DNA of 64,000 nucleotides from NCBI GenBank assembly GCA_002269645.1, contig NIVC01000994.1:124001-188000 (forward strand), in the 5' to 3' direction. Positions 48,250 to 61,114 of the stretch are shown piece after piece. This stretch comes from Macrostomum lignano. Lineage: Eukaryota. Position 1 is the stretch's first letter. Each line of letters opens with the position of its first letter. The notes below the pieces were generated by a model. It had not been told where the DNA came from, ran no database searches, and saw only the letters and a list, made by a program, of their open reading frames with translations. Position numbers and translations under genes: made by a program.

Positions 48250-50550
48250 CACCGTGTAACAAAAATAAATAAAAATCTTGTCTTTCATTGAAAAATTGCT
48301 TTTTCTTAGTCTAGGTCAACTACTGAACCCAATTTAATTGCTGATTGCTTACAAACTTTGGGTTGGCAAGCCTGACTTCAGTTATTTGAGATTATGTGTT
48401 TTGTAAATGCTAAAAGCTATGTTTTTTCCTATTGATTTTCTTTTTTCATTCACTGAATACTTTTTTCAACAGTAGATGCTCTAGAGTGCATGTTAAGTCA
48501 TATATTGGTATGCCTGTGTGTTAATTTGTTCATTTGCTAACAACGTGGTACATGTATGCTACTCATTGCAGCCATTCATTTCAAAACGAATCGTTCAACG
48601 TTATTGTTGCTGACACCATGGCTTCAAGGGGATGTAAGTACGGAGCGGACAGCTTCTGCTACGTGTGTGGCGAATTCTTTGCCAAGTCAGCAAAGAAACA
48701 CAAGCTGGATGGGCGTGCTATGGCAAAACAAGCGTACTTTGGTATGCCAGTAGGTGACCAAAACAAGCCCTGGGCTCCGCATGTGATCTGCGAGTACTGC
48801 TGCCGCACACTTGAAGGCTGGTACAGAGGGGAAAAGCAAGCAATGCCCTTCGCTATTCCTAGAGTGTGGCGAGAGCCAACAGATCACCTAAATGACTGCT
48901 TCTTCTGCATGGTAGACCCAACCAAGAGGCGCAAGGGGAAGAATGCAACCCCAATCAGTTACCCTGACATTCCGTCGTCAATGGCACCTGTTCCTCACAA
49001 TGCCAGCCACCTGCCTGTACCTCAGCCTCCCCAGGCGGCATCTACAGAAGATGTCTACTCAGATAAGTCTGAAGAAGAGGTTGCTCCATCATCAGGCTGC
49101 AAAAGATGCTGGACTCACACTGTCACGAGATCTCCATACTATCCAAAGCAACAGGACATTAACGACCTTGTCCGAGATCTCTCTTTGACCAAGTCCAATG
49201 CGGAGTTGCTCATCTCGCGCCTGAAGCAGTGGGATCTGCTTGATGACAGTGTTCGCGTTACTTTTCAGCGAGAGCGACATCGGAAATTCTCAGCTTTTTT
49301 TACGCTTGAGGACAGATTCTGCTACTGTCATGATGTCAAAGGTCTCTTTGAAGCTATGAAAGTTCCTTGCATCACTGACCAATGGCGTCTATTCATTGAC
49401 AGTTCCTGCAGAAGTCTAAAGGTTGTGCTGCTCCACAACACCAACCGGCTGCCGTCCATTCCTCTGGCTCACTCGGTGCAGATGAAGGAAGAGCACTTTA
49501 ATCTAAAGGTACTATTGGATGCTCTGAAGTACAGTCGGTTCAACTGGGATATCATCGGTGACTTTAAAATGATTGGCCTGTTGATGGGACTTCAAGGTGG
49601 CTTTACCAAGTACCCATGCTACATCTGCCTCTGGGACAGCCGAGATACGAGCAACCACTACCGCAAGCGCAACTGGCCGCTGAGATCGGAGTATTTAGTT
49701 GGCTCACACAACGTCAAGTACGATCCACTAATCGATCCAGCAAAAGTGCTTATGCCACCATTGCACATGAAGCTCGGACTGATCAAGCAGTTTGTGAAGC
49801 AGTTGGATCAGACAGGCTCAGCTTTTGAGTACTTACAACACTTGTTTCCAAGGCTTTCGGAGGCAAAGGTCAAGGCTGGAGTTTTTGTTGGGCCGCAAGT
49901 GAAGCAACTGATTGATTCGGATGACTTTCCAAGCAAGCTCTCTAGAACTGAGCGAACTGCATGGAGAAGCTTCGTCGCAGTTGTGCAGGGCTTCCTTGGT
50001 AACCACAAGGCATCCAACTATAAGAAGCTCATTGAGGACCTGATTGAGTCGTACAGAAGAATGGGCTGTCGCATGTCACTAAAGCTACATATGCTTCATT
50101 CTCATTTGGACGTCTTTTGCCGCAACATGGGTGACTACTCAGAAGAACAAGGAGAACGATTCCATCAGGACATCAAGGACTTTGAGGAGAGGTACAAAGG
50201 CCAGTACAATGAGAGTATGATGGGCGACTACGTGTGGAGCCTTCTGCGTGAAAGTGACCTGACCTACAACTGCAAAGCTCGCAAAAACATTGCTTTCTGA
50301 TTGCCTTTTTCCTATGATTACAACAAGGAAAACATTTCTGATAAATCTGCTGATGTATGAAGCCTAATAGTAAAATCTGTTTAGGTTAATATAATAATAT
50401 TTATTTAATATTTATATAATATCACTAAGCTGAAGTATTATGTTTAAAACCGAAGTCTGGGATAAAAAAATACTTTTTTTACTTTATATTGGCATGACAA
50501 ATAGGAAAAAAAACATTTTAGCCTAAAGACAAGTATAGTGTTACACAGTG
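48250..50550 (+). mobile_element. Full-length Chapaev3-type (CMC superfamily) DNA transposon, 2301 bp
   Basis: TIRs caccgtgtaaca (48250-48261) and tgttacacagtg (50539-50550), 11/12 match. TAA target-site duplication at 48247-49 and 50551-53. Single internal transposase ORF. Confidence 0.85.
48618..50300 (+). CDS. Chapaev3 transposase, 560 aa, uninterrupted
   Basis: ATG at 48618 (gacaccATGG). N-terminal Cys-rich FCYVCG..WAPHVICEYC..WREPTDHLNDCFFC; WRLFIDSS, IIGDFKM, TKYPCYICLWDSR, PPLHMKLG, KLHMLHSHL, SEEQGERFHQDI are characteristic of this family. Confidence 0.88.
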   Translation: MASRGCKYGADSFCYVCGEFFAKSAKKHKLDGRAMAKQAYFGMPVGDQNKPWAPHVICEYCCRTLEGWYRGEKQAMPFAIPRVWREPTDHLNDCFFCMVDPTKRRKGKNATPISYPDIPSSMAPVPHNASHLPVPQPPQAASTEDVYSDKSEEEVAPSSGCKRCWTHTVTRSPYYPKQQDINDLVRDLSLTKSNAELLISRLKQWDLLDDSVRVTFQRERHRKFSAFFTLEDRFCYCHDVKGLFEAMKVPCITDQWRLFIDSSCRSLKVVLLHNTNRLPSIPLAHSVQMKEEHFNLKVLLDALKYSRFNWDIIGDFKMIGLLMGLQGGFTKYPCYICLWDSRDTSNHYRKRNWPLRSEYLVGSHNVKYDPLIDPAKVLMPPLHMKLGLIKQFVKQLDQTGSAFEYLQHLFPRLSEAKVKAGVFVGPQVKQLIDSDDFPSKLSRTERTAWRSFVAVVQGFLGNHKASNYKKLIEDLIESYRRMGCRMSLKLHMLHSHLDVFCRNMGDYSEEQGERFHQDIKDFEERYKGQYNESMMGDYVWSLLRESDLTYNCKARKNIAF

Positions 50551-51094
50551 TAATAAAAATAATAATTGAGAAGCCTTTCCATACTCTTGTCGGAGAGAAT
50601 TGATTTCAACAAAATTCAATTGAAATTGACTAGCAACCAGCGCTGTGTGCATGCAATAAATCTATAATGTTATGGAGGCGATTGATGAGCCCGCTCATTC
50701 TCATTACCCTTGAGAGCTTAGAAGCCCTTCCTCCGCGCCTCACCTCCACTAGCTACCGGTATAAGTGCATTTCTACAGTTCTGATTCTGCTGCAAGCTCA
50801 TTATAGACTGGGTTTTCTCTCATTTTTAGCAAGCAATATGCGGCACACACTTTCCTTCCACTCTCTCTGTCACTCCCGCCTTCACTGAGTACTGGAGGCC
50901 CAGCGTCTGTAAGCTATTCATACATATCTCATTGTCGCACATCTGCAGGCGCTGTTAGCAACAAAATAGAGTAGCTTTTAAGCCAGGCCCTTTCAAAAAG
51001 GGCTATGTAGCCCTGTTCGTGTCTAAAATATAAGCTTATAGTTTAAAAGCAAATAAATTTCTGTGGCTATACATAGCGTGCTTAGCGCGCTCCT

Positions 51095-54000
51095 ATGGAC
51101 AGCAATGGAGACGAGTTTGGGTGAGGCCTACAAGTATTTTATTTCCATGTGAATCGAAATGTACATGTATAATTTAATTGATTATATAGACTCGATATCA
51201 GACTAGAGTCGCCACATGGAATTCGAGATCTTTTCTGTGGAAACTGTAGAACCAGTGTTGGAAACTGTGGAATCAGAGTTGGAAACTGTGGAATCAGAGT
51301 TGGAAACTGTGGAACCAGTGTTGGAAACTGTGGAATCAGAGTTGGAAACTGTGGAATCAGAGTTGGAAACTGTGGAATCAGAGTTGGAAACTGTGGAATC
51401 AGAGTTGGAAACTGTGGAATCAGTGTTGGAAACTGTGGAATCAGAGTTGGAAACTGTGGAATCAGTGCTGGGAACTGTGGAATCAGTGCTGGGAACTGTG
51501 GAATCAGTGCTGGAAACTGTGGAATCAGTGCTGGGAACTGTGGAATCAGGGCTGGAAACTGTGGAACCAGTGTTGGAAACTGTGGAACCAGTGTTGGAAA
51601 CTGTGGAATCAGAGTTGGAAACTGTGGAACCAGTGTTGGAAACTGTGGAATCAGAGTTGGAAACTGTGGAATCAGTGCTGGGAACTGTGGAATCAGTGTT
51701 GGAAACTGTGGAATCAGAGTTGGAAACTGTGGAATCAGAGTTGGCAACTGTGGAATCAGAGTTGGAAACTGTGGAATCAGTGTTGGAAACTGTGGAATCA
51801 GAGTTGGAAACTGTGGAATCAGTGTTGGAAACTGTGGAATCAGTGTTGGAAACTGTGGAATCAGTGTTGGAAACTGTGGAATCAGAGTTGGAAACTGTGG
51901 AATCAGTGTTGGAAACTGTGGAATCAGTGTTGGAAAGTGTGGAACCAGTGTTGGAAACTGTGGAATCAGTGTTGGAAACTGTGGAATCAGTGTTGGAAAC
52001 TGTGGAATCAGAGTTGGAAAGTGTGGAACCAGTGTTGGAAACTGTGGAATCAGAGTTGGAAAGTGTGGAACCAGTGTTGGAAAATGTGGAATCAGAGTTG
52101 GTAAATCCCACTGGCCCCAAAAACCGCGCCCGCCCCGCCATGTCTGCAGCATCTCTGAGCCATCCCGCCTGCGGCTGCCCGGCCGGCGCGGCGCCACCTC
52201 AGATTGCGAGCTGCCTCTGGCCGGCGGTGGCCACCTCTCCGTTCCATCCGGCGCGCTCAGCAGCGTCGGCGCCAACGGACGGCGTGCTCGATCGTCGCAA
52301 AGCGGCGCTAAAAACAACCGACAGCAGCCGGCGTCGGCGCGGCGTCAGCGGTCTGCGGCAGCAACGCCACGGCAGCGTCGGGTCTCCGCCAGAGCCGACG
52401 GGCCGCTGATCACCGCTTGGCCGGTTGACGGCGCCGGCCTGCCCGACTGCTCGCCGCTGCTGGAGCCGCTCGAGGCGCTCGCTTCGCCGATCTACAGGCT
52501 GCGGCTGTCCGGCGGCTGCCCCGACGGAGCAATCAACTCTGACATCGCCGCTGCTGCAACCGCCGTTGCAGGCGAGTCAGATTTGACGCCACCGAAGCCG
52601 GTACCGCTGCTGAGGCTGCCGCTGACGCCGCCGATTCGTCCGGATTCCGCCTGGCCGACCCTGCTGCGATTGCTGCACCGGCCGGAGCCGCCGCCGCCGC
52701 CGCCGCCGCCTCCGCCCCCGCCACCGACAGAGAACGGGGACTCGGATGCGGGGGCTGCGCCAACAACTCCGCAGGTGCAACAACAACACCAACAGCCGGT
52801 GACACCGCGAGCACCGCCCAGGATGCAGTGGCGAGAGCTGATCAAAGTGTCCGAGGTGAGAGGAAGGAGTTTGAAAGTCTGTTTTTAGGGAGAGAGTGCA
52901 GCTGTTCTTAGAGCGGGAGTGCTGTCCTTGGGGAGGGAGTGCTGTCCTTAGGGAGGGAGTGCTGTCCTTAGGGAGGGAGTGCTGTCCTTAGGAAAGAGTG
53001 CTGTCCTTAGGGAGCGAGCGCTGTCCTTAGGGAGGGAGTGCTGTCCTTAGAGAGGGAATGCTGTCCTTAGGAAAGAGTGCTGTCCTTAGGGAGGGAGTGC
53101 TGTCCTTGGGGAGGGAGTGCTGTCCTTAGGGAGGGAGTGCTGTCCTTAGGGAGGGAGTGCTGTCCTTAGGGAGGGAGTGCTGTCCTTAGGGAGCGAGCGC
53201 TGTCCTTAGGGAGGGAGTGCTGTCCTTAGAGAGGGAATGCTGTCCTTAGGAAAGAGTGCTGTCCTTAGGAAAGAGTGCTGTCCTTAGGGAGGGAGTGCTG
53301 TCCTTAGGGAGGGAGTGCTGTCCTTAGGGAGGGAGTGCTGTCCTTAGGGAGGGAGTGCTGTCCTTAGGGAGGGAGTGCTGTCCTTAGGGAGGGAGTGCTG
53401 TCCTTAGGGAGGGAGTGCTGTTCTTAGGGAGGGAGTGCTGTCCTTAGGGAGCGAGCGCTGTCCTTAGGGAGGGAGTGCTGTCCTTAGGGAGGGAGTGCTG
53501 TCCTTAGGGAGGGAGTGCTGTCCTTAGGGAGGGAGTGCTGTTCTTAGGGAGGGAGTGCTGTCCTTAGGGAGCGAGCGCTGTCCTTAGGGAGGGAGTGCTG
53601 TCCTTAGGGAGGGAGTGCTGTCCTTAGGGAGGGAGTGCTGTCCTTAGGGAGCGAGTGCTGTCCTTAGGGAGCGAGCGCTGTCCTTAGGGAGGGAGTGCTG
53701 TCCTTAGGGACGCAGTTCTACGGGCGCACTTTCAAATGCATTCGAGCCTCTCGTAGCAACAGCCGGGCGTGTTAATTTGCACACAATTTCCATCTGCACG
53801 TGGCTGCCCGAAGAACGCGAGAAGCGTCACCTGTCGGGCGGTGAGCTCCGGCGTCTACCTGCTGACCCAGCGGCCCCAGACTGAATCGTTCCTTGTGTCC
53901 TCGCGCGGCGGCCTTCACCGAGTCCGGATGTGTCCGCGCGTGTCCGTCCGCGTGCCGAGGGGCAGCTGCACCGGCGCTGCGGACTGCTGCTTAACGGTGA

Positions 54001-57000
54001 GAACACCCGGGGTTCGACTCCGTGCGCTTCCACACAAAGTTGATTATCGTGCACGAAAATTTTCCTGTGGCTTGTCGTGCGATTCACGGCCAAGGCCAAA
54101 CCCCAAAGGTACAGAGAGTGTACATGCTTGACGATGGGAGAGTCAGGGGCCGCTGTACACCGCTGACTGCTTGCCTTCTCGCTGGCAACGAGTAACATGT
54201 GGCTGTAGCTGTGCGGCTGTGGCTGTGGGGGCTGTGGGGGCTGTGTGGCTGTGGGGGCTGTGTGGCTGTGGCTGTGGCTTTGGTGGCTGTGCGGCTGTGG
54301 CTGTGGCTGTGGCTGTGGCTGTGGCTGTGGTGGCTGTGCGGCTGTGGCTGTGGTGGCTGTGCGGCTGTGGCTGTGGCTGTGGCTGTAGCTGTGGCTGTGG
54401 GGGCTGTGGGGGCTGTGTGGCTGTGGCTGTGGCTGTGGCTGTTGGGCTGCGGCTGTGGCTGTTGGGCTGTATGGCTGTGGCTGTATGGCTATGGCTATGG
54501 CTATGGCTGTAGCTGTGGCTGTGGCTGTGGGGCTGTCTGTCTGTGGCAGTCTGGCTGTGGCTGTGGCTGTGGGGCTGTGTGGCTGTGGGGCTGTGTGGCT
54601 GTGGCTGTGGCTGTGGTGGCTGTGCGGCTGTGGCTGTGGTGGCTGTGCGGCTGTGGCTGTGGCTGTAGCTGTGGCTGTGGGGGCTGTGGGGGCTGTGTGG
54701 CTGTGGCTGTGGCTGTTGGGCTGTGGCTGTGGCTGTTGGGCTGTGGCTGTATGGCTGTGGCTATGGCTGTGGGGCTGTGTGGCTGTGGGGCTGTGTGGCT
54801 GTGGGGCTGTGTGGCTGTGGGGCTGTGTGGCTGTGGCTGTGTGGCTGTGGCTGTGTGCGGCTCAATATAGAGCAGCAGAAGACCGTAGTATCAAATTACG
54901 TGTATTATAACTCCGAATCAAAGTAAAGCTGCTGATTAAACCAATCGATAAATTGTTGGACCGTGAACTAGAAACTCTGAGACCTCCCTATCCAGGTCAC
55001 TTCGAGATGCAGTGATCCAGGTTCAACCGCTCGAGCTTTATAAACTCTTGAGCGCATCTGTACACCCCCGCAGATCCTGCCTTTCCCGACCAGCCTCCCA
55101 GCCTCCGCTACCGCTGAGCTACTCGCCCTGTCGCCCGTCTACGATTTCCGCCTGTCCGCGCCGCTAGAATTCCGGCCGCGTCGGCCGGCGACTCTCCGGC
55201 TCCCGCTGCCGCAGCCGCTGCCGCCGAGAGACGCCGCCGACTCTGTCGTTGTGGCCGTGCTCCGCCAGTCGGATGACTCAGCCTGGCGAGTCCTGCTCGA
55301 GCTGCCGCTATCCCATGCCGAGACCGTCGGCGCCGGGGTCGTGTCCGTCGACACCAGACGGCTGTCGGCAGCCTTCTGCCTGGCTGTCCTGCGGCCTGGC
55401 CTGCCCGCCGGCGGGCCGCAGCGGGTGGCCGCCTCAGTCCTGCCGTTGATTCGCGGCCTGGCCGAAGCCCCGCCTGGCCGGCTGCTGGCCTTCGTCGACT
55501 TGCGCTCGGCTGTCGGCTGGCGACTCTGCTTTCGCTGGCAGATGACCGGCGCCGCGGCTAACAGCGACGGAGACGGCGGCGGTGGCGGTAACTGGCAGGC
55601 AGTTGGCGGCTCTTCACCGATGCGTCTGCGAGAAGGCGCCACCTTCGCTGTCCGTCTGACTGGGCAGCTCCAGCTAAAGTCGGCCACCTCCGCCGCTGTC
55701 CAGTTCCGGCAGGCCTGTCCGAACTTGCCGGTTGTCATGGCAGTGAAACCGTCCGAGGCTGCTGCGGCGGAGGCGGCGGCAGCTGCGGCTGCGGAGTCCG
55801 GCAATGAAGAACCGAGGCCGCAACCCCAGCTGTTCCGGTGGGTTTCCTTGTGTTGATTTCTAAGGTTAATTTAAAAAATTTAGTTCTCCATGTTTGGGTA
55901 GTTTCCATTCCGAATTGTAGGTCTAGAACTTCATGATTGAGTACATGTAGTGCTACAGAAACCACCGCATTCACTGCAGAGCCCAGCTGACAGTCGCAGA
56001 CGAGTACAATTCGGTCGTGCTTTCAGCCGAGCTGTCCTACAATTTGGAAAGTCTCAGTCAACTACAGCAAGCTCTAACGGTCCCGGCGGAAGCGGCCTTG
56101 GAGAAGCAGCAGCCAGCGGCTGCACCTCCACCGCCATCGTCACCTGCAATTAAAAAGGCTGCAGCGTCGCAATCGCCGAAGTCTGCGGGATTGGGCTCGA
56201 GACCTGGTCGACTTTTGCCCAGGCAACAGCCGGCAACCGAGGCGGCAGCCGTGAACAGTGAGGGCCTTGGGCGATTCTCTGGGCAGTTTACAGGCGATTC
56301 TCTGGGCAGTTTACAGGCGATTCTCTAGGCAGTTTACAGGCGATTCTCTGGGCAGTTTACAGGCGATTCTCTGGGCAGTTTACAGGCGATTCTCTGGGCA
56401 GTTTACAGGCGATTCTCTGGGCAGTTTACAGGCGATTCTCTGGGCAGTTTACAGGCGATTCTCTGGGCAGTTTACAGGCGATTCTCTGGGCAGTTTACAG
56501 GCGATTCTCTGGGCAGTTTACAGGCGATTCTCTGGGCAGTTTACAGGCGATTCTCTGGGCAGTTTACAGGCGATTCTCTGGGCAGTTTACAGGCGATTCT
56601 CTGGGCAGTTTACAGGCGATTCTCTGGGCAGTTTACAGGCGATTCTCTAGGCAGTTTACAGGCGATTCTCTGGGCAGTTTACAGGCGATTCTCTGGGCAG
56701 TTTACAGGCGATTCTCTGGGCAGTTTACAGGCGATTCTCTGGGCAGTTTACAGGCGATTCTCTGGGCAGTTTACAGGCGATTCTCTGGGCAGTTTACAGG
56801 CGATTCTCTGGGCAGTTTACAGGCGATTCTCTGGGCAGTTTACAGCGGCGATTCTCTGGGCAGTTTACAGCGGCGATTCTCTGGGCAGTTTACAGGCGAT
56901 TCTCTGGGCAGTTTACAGGCGATTCTCCGGGCAGTTTACAGGCGATTCTCTGGGCAGTTTACAGGCGATTCTCTGGGCAGTTTACAGGCGATTCTCTGGG

Positions 57001-57605
57001 CAGTTTACAGGCGATTCTCTGGGCAGTTTACAGGCGATTCTCTGGGCAGTTTACAGGCGATTCTCTGGGCAGTTTACAGGCGATTCTCTGGGCAGTTTAC
57101 AGGCGATTCTCTAGGCAGTTTACAGGCGATTCTCTGGGCAGTTTACAGGCGATTCTCTGGGCAGTTTAACAAGCCTGGGCCATTGGGACACAAGGCTGAA
57201 GCTCGACCCCGACAACTCAATTGTACACCCTTTCTCCGGCATGCAGGAGATCGCGAGCCCAGGGTGTTGAGCGGCCGCAGTCTGCAGGCCCTCGCAGAGC
57301 ATCTTCAGCAGCGCCAGCTCGGGCAGCACCTGGCCCGGCTGCTCCACCTCCCGGATGCCACCGTCGCCGGCCTCGGATTCGACACAGCGGCGGCGGCAAC
57401 CTCGCCGGCAACCGCGAGTCTCGCCTACAAGGTGCTGCTGCAGTGGAAACGCTCGGTTGGGCGAACCACCACAGGCGCCGAGGTGGAGACGCTGGCGCTG
57501 GCGCTGGCGTCCACCGGAGAGCCGGGGCTGGCCGACACCGTCAGGAGGTGCCACGCGGCCAACCGCGAATTCGCAATGCCATCGGCTGCCGCGGTGCCCG
57601 CGTAG
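51095..57605 (+). CDS. ZU5-ZU5-UPA-death domain protein (DTHD1/PIDD-like module); 6 exons, ~788 aa; first exon tentative
   Basis: Exons 51095-51120 (tentative), 52150-52855, 53763-53996, 55074-55837, 55980-56257, 57247-57605, with compatible phases (total 2367 nt). ZU5-like motifs HLSVPSGAL..SPIYRL..LLRLPL..QWREL and FLVSSRGG..VSVRVPRG..LSPVYDF..LRLPLP..AWR. C-terminal death-domain-like LQALAEHL..LARLLHL..VLLQWKR..LALALASTG..LADTVRRCH. Confidence 0.68.
51237..52100. repeat. 21-bp minisatellite (ggaaactgtggaatcagtgtt), ~41 units
   Basis: Read directly; open in several frames (ETVESVL / FPTLIPQ artefact ORFs). Confidence 0.95.
52895..53710. repeat. 20-bp minisatellite (gggagggagtgctgtcctta), ~40 units
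   Basis: Starts ~40 bp after the donor at 52856. Confidence 0.95.
54198..54860. repeat. (GGCTGT)n degenerate hexamer repeat
   Basis: Read directly; intronic. Confidence 0.92.
56271..57168. repeat. 23-bp minisatellite (ggcgattctctgggcagtttaca), ~39 units
   Basis: Starts ~13 bp after the donor at 56258 and fills almost the whole intron. Confidence 0.95.
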
Positions 57606-57979
57606 TTGGAGCAAGGATCAACTAGAAGTTGTTGTTGTATAAGCTGGACACGATGTAACACTCGTGTCAATACGCGTAGCTAGGGGAAACTTTTTAGGCC
57701 TTTTAGCTTAGCGAGACAAGAACTTTCCAGGAGTCTTGTACGAGCTAGCACATCTTTTGAAAAATCCGCTGAAGTTAGCGTTATCATTAGATCTTATATA
57801 CACTAGATAGGCTACTCAGTGCCACCCAGCCAAACTATTGAGTCTATGAGAAGCTTTCTAAGAAGCTGTGATTTCAGCTAGTTTTCAGTAGTTAGTGCGC
57901 ATATTTGTCAGTAGCTGAAATTAGCATTAAATTATCTTTTTATTCAGCTGTGTCAGCGTATAGGATGCCTTTGAATAAC

Positions 57980-58679
<700 letters not shown>

Positions 58680-58891
58680 GTGTAAGATTATAATCAGGAG
58701 AGTGAGTTCAGAGAGAAAGAAATCGTCTGTTGGACAGCAGTGTATTTTTTCGGGGATCCTAAAGCTGTGGGGATGTGTTCGGCGGCCTTGGTGATAGGCT
58801 ATTACCTGTTTGCGGCACCGCCCGGTAGTGCAATCGATCTCTTTCGGTTGCCTACAGCGACCCTGCCCTATAAGACATTAACTTGTTGATT

Positions 58892-59229
58892 CTTAGCAGA
58901 TCTTGTCTATTGGGTTGCTGCGCAAGTACTTGCAAAAACGTGCAAGATCTTTGCTATAATAATACTTAGGTAAACTTACCAGATCTGCGCGACTTGCTAC
59001 GCTCGTACATCGTACAAGATCTTATCTTTTATATCTTTTTATAGCTTAGAATCGCATATTTTCTTAAATTTATTGTCCTATCTTGTCAAAAAAATAAAAT
59101 ATAGTTCAGCTAGAACACTTTAGCCAAATGAATAACAAAACAAATGTACCTCCATCTTAGAAGATCCTGCAAGAACCTAGCAGATTGAGAAGATCTGCTA
59201 AGAATGGCACAGAGACAAGATCTGCTAAG
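58892..59229. mobile_element. Possible fold-back element / MITE rich in caagatct motifs
   Basis: Perfect 17-bp inverted repeat cttagcagatcttgtct (58892-58908) / agacaagatctgctaag (59213-59229). Related motifs occur near 63480-63570. No clear TSD. Confidence 0.4.
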
Positions 59230-59943
59230 TTTGAGAAACAGAATGTCCTCTAGGGTGCCTGAAGGGTAGTTTCAGTCAGTGGATGATGGTCTCTGAGGAG
59301 ACAGGACCTGATCCAACTAAGATAACGGTGTGCTGGCCTTGCACGATCGGTTGAAGATAATTGCGCGCAGTCAAAGCAAGGGAAGTCAGCTAGCGTCTGC
59401 TCTGCTAAAGTTTTTGTCCATGTCCATAGACTACTGACGATTAGTTTTCAGCAGTGATTTCCCATGGACTTCTATACTTAGCATCTAGATGGATTTCCCC
59501 ACCCCCCGAGTCATTTTCTATATGCATTAGCTGAATGGGGAGTGGCCTATCTAGTGTATATTAAGATCTATGGCGTTATCTAACTATGGAAAATCCTGCA
59601 TTCAAATCGATAAACTGATGAAAGCCACTGATCGGACCAAATACGAGCTACGTGTCAGCATCAGGTGATCGGCAAGGCCTACTAGCAGGTGAGAAATCTT
59701 CAATTAAGTGCGCCAGAATGTGATCTGTTCCATCTCGCTAACTGCTGCAGGATTTGTGTGCAAGCTCGAATGCGATTACACGCTCGTATAAATTATGTCA
59801 CAGTACTAATAAATGAATATTTTCATAGCTTTCACCATATTATGAAGTGTTTTCCTTTGGTGTTTGTCTCGGTTGCTTCCGCCAGTGGCCGGGTCACTTT
59901 TAAGGTCGTTTAAGAATATTGATTGTAAAGGACGAGTGTTGGA

Positions 59944-60288
59944 CAGGGGCGTCGCCATGGATTTTATGGTGGGGGACAAAGCCAAGAATTCAACATGTAC
60001 TGTTACATGTTCATGACTAAATTCATACATTTCCATTATTTTGGGAATCGTGTTGTCAGCGCTCATTTTGGCGCCGCAGGCATTCGATCCTTGTAGCGCC
60101 GCAGGCACTCATTTTAGCGTTTTAGGCACTCATTGTAGCGCCGCAGGCACTCATTTTGGCGCTATAACTTGGCGCCCTGAAGAAAAATTATTGATTACTA
60201 CGAGTCACAAGATGGAGTAAGCATTGGCATGTCCTCCCATAGCTTTTATTGGGGGGGGGGTATGTCCCCCCCGGTGGCGAGGCGCCTG
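59944..60288. mobile_element. 345-bp hAT MITE
   Basis: TIRs caggggcgtcgcca / reverse complement caggcgcctcgcca (11/14). Perfect 8-bp TSD gtgttgga at 59936-43 and 60289-96. Internal short repeats gcactcattttggcgccgcag. Confidence 0.85.
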
Positions 60289-61114
60289 GTGTTGGAATGC
60301 ATGCGCTTAAGTAGTCCTTTTTGATTGATAGCTCGCACTGTTACTGTCTGTTATTGCAACTAATTATGTACTCGTATTTTCGAAATCAACAAAAAAGACA
60401 ACACTTTATTGTAACGCGCTACTTTAAGTAAGCAAAAAGAAAAATCCTATCAGAATGGGTTTAGCTCCAGTGCTTCCCATCAGAATTAATATCTCTTAAA
60501 TTTATGATCTTGTTGCAGTCTCAGCGTGTTGCTGCACGAATCCCAATCATGATGCAGAATACTCTTTCAGAGTCTCCAAGATTATTCTATCTACTGTTAA
60601 AGCCATCAATCAATATTCATATCGATGCTATCAGTAAAGAATTCAAAACGCGACAACGCAATCAAAGAACTTGTTTGTCTTCAGTTTTTTCAGGCGAACA
60701 AAAAAGTAGCAAAGCTCACGGTCTCACCGAATGGAATAAACTGATCAAAGCACACATAATATATATATTGCAGTTTAAGAAATGCATCACGCAGCAACAG
60801 ATCGAGCAGAGCGCATGACCAAACTGGCCTACAAAAGAAAATTCTTCAAAGTTCAAGATTAAATGCCAGGCGATGGCTAGCTAAAAGGCAACAAATGCAA
60901 ATCGCACACGGAGTGAAACAGGATATAATAAACTCGCTATTTATGCAAAATAAAATCATCGCTACATCGAGACAATCGACTTAAAGTCTGAAAAAAACAC
61001 TATATAAACACAGTGGCTATGATCAAAGAACACTTGCAGTGATATAGATTGAATCTCCTAGTCAATAAAAGTATGGTATAGAAAATTTCCGTATGTTTAG
61101 CTCCAGTACACCAG

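Noticed and set aside
51139-52409. Long ORFs on both strands (ETVESVL / FPTLIPQ / SNTDSTV repeats) as repetitive proteins
   Set aside because: A 21-bp stop-free unit is open in several frames, and it lies in a predicted intron of the death-domain gene.
60504-60818. 104-aa + strand ORF as a gene
   Set aside because: AT-rich, no recognisable motif or convincing splice partners; likely 3'UTR or intergenic.
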